Shown: piece by piece, positions 1-6,904 of the stretch | Position numbering within the stretch: position 1 is the first letter of the stretch | Layout: each line of letters opens with the position of its first letter | Virus record (IMG/VR): IMGVR_UViG_3300045988_030933 | Location: 1 to 18,188 of that record | Origin: a virus | Length of the DNA: 18,188 bases | Direction: 5' to 3' (one strand) | Notes under the pieces: model-generated | Told to the model about the DNA's origin: nothing | The model's database searches: none | The model's input: the letters and a program-made list of their open reading frames with translations, nothing else | Made by a program: the position numbers and the translations under genes

Positions 1-77
1 TCGTATCTGTTCCTTTTGCCTTATGAAACGGATGACGGTTTGCTTCTGTTTCCTGCTGAGGATATGGAAGCGTTTGC
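1..77. repeat. Left inverted terminal repeat (ITR-L), 77 bp perfect
   Basis: nt 1-77 equal the reverse complement of nt 18112-18188, compared base by base. After a 1-nt indel, cgga matches again. A second conserved block at about 100-140 mirrors about 18055-18095. Confidence 0.97.
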
Positions 78-105
78 TCGGACGTGGTAATGATAAAGCC
101 CCTAG

Positions 106-134
106 GTTTATTACCTAGGGGCTTATTTTATGCT
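106..134 (-). terminator. Left subterminal hairpin, probable terminator of the leftward operon
   Basis: AAGCCCCTAGG-tttatta-CCTAGGGGCTT forms an 11-bp perfect stem ending 6 nt past the endolysin stop. On the minus strand the tail is UUAUCAUU (weak U-tract); on the plus strand it is ATTTTAT. A near-copy sits at the right end. Confidence 0.6.
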
Positions 135-140
135 GTCAGT

Positions 141-818
141 TTAGGCGAATACGAGGTACCATGTTGATTTGTCGGCTGGTGCGAGTGCGACGTATCGGGT
201 TGCGCCGGATCCGCCAACGTAGTGTGCCCAAATGTACCCGTCTGCGATGATGCCACCGTCTTGAAGAACTACGGTTTGTCCGTAGTGATACTGTGCGACT
301 ATCTGTGCTGAGGTGGACGGTGCCGAGCGCACGTTGAGCGTATCGACGTTGACTCGATATGTTCGCGCGATAATGGTTGCATTGTTGTTGTTTGGTGTGG
401 GTGCTGGCGTGTTTGCTGTGCGTGGGTGGAAGTAGCCGATGATTCCGGTCTTGCTGAGTGTGATGTATCCGGCTTTGTTTGGATTTTGGCTCATGGTGTT
501 GAGTGTGCCGTTACCATTGTCTTTAACTACGATGGCGACATGGTTCATGCCGTTGCCGTTCCAGAATGCCACGTCACCGTAAGACGGCGTGTAGTTGCCT
601 GTTTCGCGGGTGAAAGTGTTTTGCAATGCTTGGGAGCGATCGTATCGTGTAGTGTAGACGCTTGCCGCGTATCCGTCTACCGTGTTGGTGTCGGCTGCTG
701 GAATGCCGTACACGTTTCGCGCATAGCTGCTCCATAGGTCCCAGCATTGACCGCCGTACGCGCCGTCCATGTCGATAATCTTACCGTTAACCGTGTTCAT
801 CCACGTTTGAATATCCAT
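141..818 (-). CDS. Endolysin, N-terminal CHAP peptidase/amidase + C-terminal SH3b-like wall-binding domain
   Basis: 225 aa. DMDGAYGGQCWDLW is a CHAP catalytic Cys context and NHVAIVV supplies the His. The C-terminal YRVNVDTLNVRSAPSTSAQIVAQY...GYIWAHY is SH3b-like. An AAGGAG RBS lies upstream of the ATG at 818. The gene directly follows the holin. Confidence 0.85.
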   Translation of the reverse strand: MDIQTWMNTVNGKIIDMDGAYGGQCWDLWSSYARNVYGIPAADTNTVDGYAASVYTTRYDRSQALQNTFTRETGNYTPSYGDVAFWNGNGMNHVAIVVKDNGNGTLNTMSQNPNKAGYITLSKTGIIGYFHPRTANTPAPTPNNNNATIIARTYRVNVDTLNVRSAPSTSAQIVAQYHYGQTVVLQDGGIIADGYIWAHYVGGSGATRYVALAPADKSTWYLVFA

Positions 819-819
819 G

Positions 820-1191
820 TCAGTTCTCCTTCTTATGTTTGGGGGTATTGTTCTGTGCGAATACGTTCATAAATGGTGCATCCGCCAGCTCGGGGTTGAT
901 GGCGGTAATGTTTTCAAGGATTGAGGTGAGTTCGATCAGGCTAATGCCGCCTACGGTGCAAACGAACACGCTGACCGGCAATCCAAGGTCTACGTGTAGG
1001 TTAATCATGTCCACAAAATATGCCACCAAAGTAAGCATGAGATATGCGAACTTATGCCATAAACCTTCTCGCATTTTTTGTGAGCTAAGCGTGTCGTTGA
1101 GTATGGCTTTGGCAAGTCCGGTAATGTAGTCTACGATGATGAAAAAGACTACTGCAAACACACACCACACGTCGGTTGTGGTCATTGTCAT
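820..1191 (-). CDS. Holin (phi29 gp14 / phage_holin_4_1-like)
   Basis: 123 aa with hydrophobic segments VWCVFAVVFFIIVDYI, FAYLMLTLVAYFV and VSVFVCTVGGISLI. It shows the DYITG...SILEN pattern and a charged tail KHKKEN. An AGGAGG RBS lies 7 nt upstream. It is adjacent to the endolysin. Confidence 0.8.
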   Translation of the reverse strand: MTMTTTDVWCVFAVVFFIIVDYITGLAKAILNDTLSSQKMREGLWHKFAYLMLTLVAYFVDMINLHVDLGLPVSVFVCTVGGISLIELTSILENITAINPELADAPFMNVFAQNNTPKHKKEN

Positions 1192-1203
1192 TACTATTGC
1201 CTC

Positions 1204-2271
1204 CTATTTTCCTAACAGTTCACCGATGATCAGCCCAAAATCGGATTTGACCTGTGAATCGTCGAATCTGATTTTACCAAGTCGATAGCCGGTGGTGAGT
1301 CTTCGTATGATATCATCTGATTTTTTGACGTACCATGTTTTTTCGTCAACATGATTGGGGTCTAACGTATAGACGGGGCGAGTGTTGTCTTTGGGGATAC
1401 GTCGTGAAACATATTGTGAAACGTGCCCGTCACGTTCGGAAACGCTCACCCATATGCCGAAACGCGCGTAGTCGGTAGTGTCCAAAATGTAGGACAGTTC
1501 GCCGTCTGCGGGGATGGGGGCTAGCAGCGTGTCGGATTCGTCGCGGAATTTGTTGCGTATGGCATAATCCGCATAGTCGCCGTCGTACTGTTCAAGGAAC
1601 CGTCCGAACTTGGATTTTGCGACTTTCGCACTGAATCCGCCGTAATCAGCCAATTCCAAACAGACGAAACCACCACAATACAACTTGTATTGCTGCTGGT
1701 TCGCTTGCTGAGCACCAATGTCCAAACGGTATTTTGCAAAATAAGGGTTCGCCTTTTGCACAGCGTTGGATAAAAACAGTACTTTTGTCCTATCCTGCCA
1801 ACGGTCAACAGTATTGTAAAATTCACTGAAACTGTTTACTTCGTTGCTCAAAAATCTGAGGTTATCGGGAAATATTTCGTCGAAAATAATCAAATGCACT
1901 CTAGGATACGCGACTGATTTGAGTCCGCCAGCTTGTGAGAGTGCGACAAAATAGCAGCATGTGCGCCAATCTTTTTCATCCCATGACGTCTTATGCACCT
2001 GCCCTTTTTCACCATTCACGCGAAATTCATACTGTGGGAAGAACTCTTGGATATCCTTAAAGAACGTTTCCTTGCGGTGCTGTTCCACGTCGGTACGGCG
2101 CAGGTAAATGAACTCGTAACCGTGCTTGATGTACTCTTTGATGCCGTATCGTTTTGCGGCAAAAGTCTTGCCAAGTCCACGCGCTCCGATCACGAAATTC
2201 CACGGCGCGTTACGGGTGAGCAGATTATGCAAGTCGTAGTAGTCGTCTTCGGCCAATGTCTGCAACGCCAT
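1204..2271 (-). CDS. DNA encapsidation (packaging) ATPase, phi29 gp16-like
   Basis: 355 aa. Walker A NFVIGARGLGKTFAAKRY plus EFIYLRR resemble recalled phi29 gp16 (NFVIGARGIGKSYA...QFIYVRR). Walker B is HLIIFDEI. RBS is AGGAGGTGAGCGGAC-ATG. Confidence 0.92.
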   Translation of the reverse strand: MALQTLAEDDYYDLHNLLTRNAPWNFVIGARGLGKTFAAKRYGIKEYIKHGYEFIYLRRTDVEQHRKETFFKDIQEFFPQYEFRVNGEKGQVHKTSWDEKDWRTCCYFVALSQAGGLKSVAYPRVHLIIFDEIFPDNLRFLSNEVNSFSEFYNTVDRWQDRTKVLFLSNAVQKANPYFAKYRLDIGAQQANQQQYKLYCGGFVCLELADYGGFSAKVAKSKFGRFLEQYDGDYADYAIRNKFRDESDTLLAPIPADGELSYILDTTDYARFGIWVSVSERDGHVSQYVSRRIPKDNTRPVYTLDPNHVDEKTWYVKKSDDIIRRLTTGYRLGKIRFDDSQVKSDFGLIIGELLGK

Positions 2272-2286
2272 GTCCGCTCACCTCCT

Positions 2287-2326
2287 AAAATAACGGGGCG
2301 TAACGTCATGACCACCATTACGCCCC
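2287..2326 (-). terminator. Terminator-like hairpin + U-tract in the leader of the ATPase gene
   Basis: On the minus strand GGGGCGTAA-(14 nt)-TTACGCCCC forms a 9-bp stem. It is followed by GTTATTTTAGGAGG, meaning the U-tract runs straight into the SD of the ATPase gene. Confidence 0.55.
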
Positions 2327-2375
2327 TGTTGGTTACGGTCGGCTCAAGGGAAGTTATCACATGCCGACATCGATT

Positions 2376-2384
2376 ATTATACCA
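2376..2384 (-). promoter_or_regulatory. Extended -10 promoter (TGGTATAAT) upstream of the ATPase-holin-endolysin cassette
   Basis: The minus strand reads TGGTATAAT just after the tail-lysin stop (2389). There is no recognisable -35. The format matches the other intergenic promoters in this genome. Confidence 0.45.
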
Positions 2385-2388
2385 CACT

Positions 2389-3600
2389 TTAGAATGCGGG
2401 TGGATTCGATCTACCATCCCACACAGTCAGCAACGAATACGCCTGATTATAGCGGTTAGTATACGGCCCGAACGGATACGTATTTAAGATATTAGTCTTG
2501 AGTTGCGCAAGATTCGATGCTTTCGCCACCTTCAAGGCGTTTGCCGGCGATTGGTGGTATGCGGTCACCCACAAAATCTGCATTTTATCATCATCGTACT
2601 CCTGCGGATATCCCGCATAATCCTCAGCAAACTGCTTGCGCTGCCCCTCATGCGACTCGCTACGTGCCGCCCACGTCTTGAATGCGGATGCTTCCGTTTG
2701 TGTCAGGTTTCGTGTAAAATCTCCCCCGCTCTCCATGAGTGCCGCGATCTGCGGTGCTGAGGTTTTGAATGTTGCATAGCCGGTCGGGTCGGCAGATTTC
2801 ATTGCATTCAACACTTGCAAACGTCTACCGAAACTCCATTGAGCTATGCCGATACCCTGTAGATTGGCCGCTTCCACTGCATCCCACCGCAGACCGGCTT
2901 CCACCGTGCCGACCACGTAGAGCGCATACGAATTTTCCAGTGATGTCGAACTGGACGGGTGCCCTTGGCCTTGCGAATCAGACGGTTGCCCCTGTGATGC
3001 CTTTTCGGAAAAATTGTTTGCCGTTGTCTTGTAGAAAATACGGGTGCGTGCCCCGCTGTTATCCGTCTCATGCAGATACAGGTTGTCGCCCTGCCAGTGT
3101 ATCCACGCCCCGCCCCGTCCGGTATCGGGGTGTCCTTGATTGTTGTTGCCGGTGGGATTGTCCACGTCCGGCTTAGGCATGGTACGGGGATGCAGATAGC
3201 CTAACAGTCCTACGGTGGTAAACCATTTCAACGCGCTGGCGTCCGGATTTTGCGTGATCACGTAAATTCTACCATCTTTTACACCGTCTCCCGCGACTAT
3301 GGCGACATGCGTGTAGGGTGTGTACGTGCCGTACCCCCATATTGCCACGTCCCCCGCCACCGGCGAGTATCCGCTTGCTGGAATCCGTTCGTACACTTGC
3401 CCGCACCGTGCGGATACGGGGTATGACGTGTACAAGCCTCCGGCATAACCGGTTGGGGTTATGCAGTCCTGAATGGACATGCCGTACATGTCCATGCTGT
3501 ATTTCGCCCATAAATCCCAGCATTGCGCACCATACGCCCCGTCCATGTCCCAAAAACGGTTTTTCGTCTGTTTTATCCAATCATCAAAAGTAATAGCCAT
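2389..3600 (-). CDS. Tail-associated peptidoglycan hydrolase (gp13-like role): N-terminal CHAP + C-terminal lysozyme-like domain
   Basis: 403 aa. The N-terminus DMDGAYGAQCWDLW...THVAIV...GYLHPR is paralogous to the endolysin CHAP domain. A G/S/Q-rich linker follows. The C-terminal VEAGLRWDAVEAANLQGIGIAQWSFGRR resembles phage tail lysozyme-type domains, which is tentative. Its position after the tailspike matches phi29 gene 13. Confidence 0.7.
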   Translation of the reverse strand: MAITFDDWIKQTKNRFWDMDGAYGAQCWDLWAKYSMDMYGMSIQDCITPTGYAGGLYTSYPVSARCGQVYERIPASGYSPVAGDVAIWGYGTYTPYTHVAIVAGDGVKDGRIYVITQNPDASALKWFTTVGLLGYLHPRTMPKPDVDNPTGNNNQGHPDTGRGGAWIHWQGDNLYLHETDNSGARTRIFYKTTANNFSEKASQGQPSDSQGQGHPSSSTSLENSYALYVVGTVEAGLRWDAVEAANLQGIGIAQWSFGRRLQVLNAMKSADPTGYATFKTSAPQIAALMESGGDFTRNLTQTEASAFKTWAARSESHEGQRKQFAEDYAGYPQEYDDDKMQILWVTAYHQSPANALKVAKASNLAQLKTNILNTYPFGPYTNRYNQAYSLLTVWDGRSNPPAF

Positions 3601-3625
3601 ACTCTTATTATAAGAGTATGGCTAT
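3593..3625 (-). promoter_or_regulatory. 33-nt perfect palindrome (15-bp stem, 3-nt loop) covering the tail-lysin start codon
   Basis: The minus strand reads ATAGCCATACTCTTA-taa-TAAGAGTATGGCTAT followed by TACTTTTGAT. The 3' arm contains the ATG (3600-3598) and the only weak SD (AAGAG). Confidence 0.6.
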
Positions 3626-3677
3626 GTAGGTCGGTTGAATCAGTTTGCCTCTGAAGTGTGCCCCCCTATAGGGCTTG

Positions 3678-5378
3678 TCATGCGCTGGTAGAACTCAACT
3701 CTTTAATATTGTACTGATAAAATCTTTTTTCCGCGTCATAGAAGCCCCTGATGTTAGTACCTAAAAGCACGTTAACATTATACGTAGCCAAAGGTGCTCC
3801 CGTCACCACTCGCGTATAATGGCTTCTCTCTACAGTCAATGAAACTCGACCGTAGTGATACTCCTCCGAACCTGTGAGGGCACTTGGCAAAGGATATCCT
3901 AATGCAACCATATTGCGATAGTATTGAGTTTTCCTGAATTCCTCCCATGTGCTGAATTCTTTGTATCTTTCAAATGTGACGTCCTGTAGATTGCAATGGA
4001 AACAGATAGGCCCATATTTATCTAAAAGCTCCGTCAAGCTTTTAGTGTTCAAATCTTCTTCGGATACTACCAAATTTGCACCGTTTCCAAAATCTTCGAT
4101 TCTCGACTGCGTGAGAAGTACGGATTGAGACGGCCGCACTTTCATGAATGAAGCGCCTTGAGACCGGTTTTCGACGTTGTGAGGTGTGTCTGACTTGTAA
4201 GAATTAGCCACTACCTTTACATAATTCATCTTACCGTCTGGAGTTCCGACAAAGTATTGACCCGATTCAAGTATTGCGAAAATAGCACAGCAAATCAATT
4301 GCGCTGAATTTTCCTGACTATCGCAGACCACCGAACCATTGTGTGAATAATCGGCGTACAGCATGTACGCATAGTTCGTTGTGTTTGGATATAGCTTCAA
4401 CACATTGTTGCAGCCCCATATATGCAAGTATTGAAAAGTCCATATTGACGCATTTAAGTCAACTCCGATTTTAAAATTCCTGCCTACGACGTATGCGTAA
4501 TTGTCGTTGTCATTTTTTGCTACCCTCAATCCGCACTCGCCGTATACCGCGTCAGAAGTCAGTCCGCCATATAAGGCCAAAAAGAATTTGCATTCGATAT
4601 TCCTGCCGCGAGTCTCCACCGCAGTATCCATACATGCGATTACGTTGGCCTTGATTTCCGCGCCAAAAAACCCCTGCACCGCTAATCCACTGACACTCTC
4701 TCCCGAACCATTGATATTGATGCATATTTTTTTACCTTTTGGCATGTTTGCACTGTTTTCAAGTTCCGTGCTGCCCTGAGCCAACACCATTACACCGTCA
4801 GTGAAATTGTTGACATTAGATGCTTTTACCCACCCATCCGAATAAACGTTGACGTCCTGCGTCAGCAAGGTAGTCTTGATGTACCAATCTCCATCTGGAA
4901 TATATATGGATTTATGTGCTGTATTTACGTAATTGTTTATGATTGTCGCATTATCAAAATTGGGGTCATCCTTTTTACACCCCAGTTTGCTAATGTCCAT
5001 TGCGTTGGAGTCACGTACGATAGTCGCGTCAGATACGGTTCCCGCACCCAATGCGGCGAGAATGGCCATATTGTTGTCAGCCTTGCCTGTGGCGGCTGCG
5101 GCGTCCGCAATTGCTTTGATGGCGTCCGTACCTGCTTTGTCCCACTTGGTTTTCGCTGCGGTCGCAGCATCCACCGTATTGTCCCCAAGCAGTGCCTTCG
5201 CGACTTCCTCATCATGTGTTTCATGGGACTCCATTGATTCGATACGATTCAAGTGCTGCTCCAATGTCGTATCAATGGTGCGCATGGACCCGTTGTATCC
5301 GTCGCGCAGATCGGCGGGGTCGTTGTCACCGTACAGGTTCAGGCCGTAATTGTCGGTTTTATCGTAGATGGTGCTCAT
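3678..5378 (-). CDS. Tailspike / pre-neck appendage-like protein with pectate-lyase-type beta-helix (gp12-like role)
   Basis: 566 aa. DISKLGCKKDDPNFDNATIINNYVNTAHKSIYIPDGDWYI fits the N-terminal signature of pectate_lyase_3-type beta-helix depolymerases. The N-terminal LYGDNDPADLRDGYNGSMRTID anchor motif is shared with the upstream 55-aa ORF. An AAAGGAG RBS is present, and the start overlaps the upstream stop as ATGA. Confidence 0.7.
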   Translation of the reverse strand: MSTIYDKTDNYGLNLYGDNDPADLRDGYNGSMRTIDTTLEQHLNRIESMESHETHDEEVAKALLGDNTVDAATAAKTKWDKAGTDAIKAIADAAAATGKADNNMAILAALGAGTVSDATIVRDSNAMDISKLGCKKDDPNFDNATIINNYVNTAHKSIYIPDGDWYIKTTLLTQDVNVYSDGWVKASNVNNFTDGVMVLAQGSTELENSANMPKGKKICININGSGESVSGLAVQGFFGAEIKANVIACMDTAVETRGRNIECKFFLALYGGLTSDAVYGECGLRVAKNDNDNYAYVVGRNFKIGVDLNASIWTFQYLHIWGCNNVLKLYPNTTNYAYMLYADYSHNGSVVCDSQENSAQLICCAIFAILESGQYFVGTPDGKMNYVKVVANSYKSDTPHNVENRSQGASFMKVRPSQSVLLTQSRIEDFGNGANLVVSEEDLNTKSLTELLDKYGPICFHCNLQDVTFERYKEFSTWEEFRKTQYYRNMVALGYPLPSALTGSEEYHYGRVSLTVERSHYTRVVTGAPLATYNVNVLLGTNIRGFYDAEKRFYQYNIKELSSTSA

Positions 5379-5542
5379 TGGTTGGCTCCTTTGATTTCGC
5401 GGATAAGGGTTTCCAGCTGGTTGATTTTTTTATCGATAATACGCATTGCCTCATTGTACCCATCCCGCAAGTCCATAGGCGTATCATCCGTGTAGAGAGG
5501 CAGTGCGAGGTGTCGTGTCCTCTTGTATGTGTCATTGTTCAT
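5375..5542 (-). CDS. 55-aa protein paralogous to the tailspike N-terminal anchor
   Basis: MNNDTYKRTRHLALPLYTDDTPMDLRDGYNEAMRIIDKKINQLETLIREIKGANQ. It has about 18/34 identities to residues 8-41 of the 566-aa protein. The ORF-track start at 5599 is a GTG, so the ATG at 5542 is preferred. The stop overlaps the tailspike ATG. Confidence 0.55.
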   Translation of the reverse strand: MNNDTYKRTRHLALPLYTDDTPMDLRDGYNEAMRIIDKKINQLETLIREIKGANQ

Positions 5543-6059
5543 TGTTGTTCGTTCTTTCTCGTGGGGTGACTCTCGGCTCTTCGTTTCCGAAAATATCACG
5601 ATTGCCTACAACCGCCCATGTGATGCAGTCATGTTGCGCGGCCTGGGCTGCTGTCATGGTTGCCATCTGATCTACCCGTGCGCCGAATACGGCCAGTTCG
5701 CGGTACATGTCACGATCGGTGTTTTTGGAATCCTCATACCGTCCCGTGGTCGGATTATAGGTGAGCGCCGACGTTTGATACTGGTCCACCTTTTTCGCAA
5801 GATCATCCAAGGCGGTATCAACCGAGGTTTGCCATGCTGCGATTCCGGCGAGGACCTTATCGATCGCTTCAATGTCGGCATTTTCGTCTTTGGCGAGATT
5901 ATCCAACTGTTCGCGCAGCTGGTCCAAGTGTTCGGCCACTTCCTGCACGTAGCCGAGCACGGTGAGCGTGTCGCGGTATGAGAATGGCTGAACCGTCGTG
6001 AAATACCGTTGTCTTGGGTCGATGTCCAAGGGGGCGGCGCACATGTTGATTCCGTCCAT
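5532..6059 (-). CDS. Putative fibre/appendage-associated structural protein (coiled-coil)
   Basis: 175 aa. PFSYRDTLTVLGYVQEVAEHLDQLREQLDNL resembles the N-terminal attachment plus coiled-coil region of phage fibre and minor structural proteins. RBS is TTGGAGGATTT-ATG. It lies between the lower collar and the tailspike. Confidence 0.45.
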   Translation of the reverse strand: MDGINMCAAPLDIDPRQRYFTTVQPFSYRDTLTVLGYVQEVAEHLDQLREQLDNLAKDENADIEAIDKVLAGIAAWQTSVDTALDDLAKKVDQYQTSALTYNPTTGRYEDSKNTDRDMYRELAVFGARVDQMATMTAAQAAQHDCITWAVVGNRDIFGNEEPRVTPRERTNNNEQ

Positions 6060-6091
6060 AAATCCTCCAATCTGTCTTTTTCAAGTATACT

Positions 6092-6904
6092 CTAGTGTCC
6101 GAGATTGTAGGCGAGACTCGTGCTGTAGAGTTGCGGAACATTGGTCATGTTGTCGCCACTGCCCCAAAGCCCCAAAAAGAGACCTTCCAGCGAGTTGATT
6201 ACCATCATGTCGACATTGAGCATGGTATTACGCCAGTCAAGCAAAAGCTGTGACTGTGAACCGCTGGTGCCGAGCGTATGCGACACACTATTGCCCTTAT
6301 CGGAAGAATGCGCATAATCCGTATTGCTGGTGCTGGTCGCGGTGGCCGAACTATCCTGCTGCGTGCTCGTATGCGTGTTGCCGGTCGAATCTGTCTGCGA
6401 CGCGGTTGTGGCGTATTTGCGAAAATCGTCGATACGGGTCTGCGGAAATTCGCTGTTGAACGTCATGCTGGAATTGTCCGCCTTGGTGTCGGACGTGCTG
6501 TTTGCCGTGGATTCGTTGGATTGCGTGCCCGAAGACCTGCCGGAAGATTCGTTAATGCTGGTCGAGTCCATCTCCTGCCGGATATCGGACGTGATGAAAG
6601 GGTCGAATTTACGTTGCGCAGATAAATATAATTGGTTGAAATAGTCCATTTGTTCGCGCATGGTACGCCCCAAATAAAAGACGAACATTTGCGGCGTTTC
6701 TGAACCGATTTCACGTAATGCGTAGTGGGCTACGATTTTCTCATTCAACTTCGCCCTATAGTTTTCGTCAAAAATCGGATAATAAAATGAACTCAAATGT
6801 AGTTTTTCGTCCGTATTAAATCCACGGTCAATCAGATTGCCCAAGGTCAACGTGTAATCTGCCATACTGTCCTTGATGGCGTACATGCTCAGGTCCTGTG
6901 TCAT
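6092..6904 (-). CDS. Lower collar protein (phi29 gp11-like)
   Basis: 270 aa. FYYPIFDENYRAKLNEKIVAHYALREIGSETPQMF...YFNQLY matches the lower-collar family pattern. There is an ATGA overlap with the portal stop and an AGGAGGAAG RBS. The central part is an S/T/N/Q-rich tract. Confidence 0.78.
   Translation of the reverse strand: MTQDLSMYAIKDSMADYTLTLGNLIDRGFNTDEKLHLSSFYYPIFDENYRAKLNEKIVAHYALREIGSETPQMFVFYLGRTMREQMDYFNQLYLSAQRKFDPFITSDIRQEMDSTSINESSGRSSGTQSNESTANSTSDTKADNSSMTFNSEFPQTRIDDFRKYATTASQTDSTGNTHTSTQQDSSATATSTSNTDYAHSSDKGNSVSHTLGTSGSQSQLLLDWRNTMLNVDMMVINSLEGLFLGLWGSGDNMTNVPQLYSTSLAYNLGH

Noticed and set aside
5543-5599. ORF-track starts that are not ATG (5599 GTG; 17470 and 17739 TTG)
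   Set aside because: In each case the supposed start codon is part of or upstream of a GGAGG-type SD, and a properly spaced ATG follows. Coordinates were trimmed accordingly.
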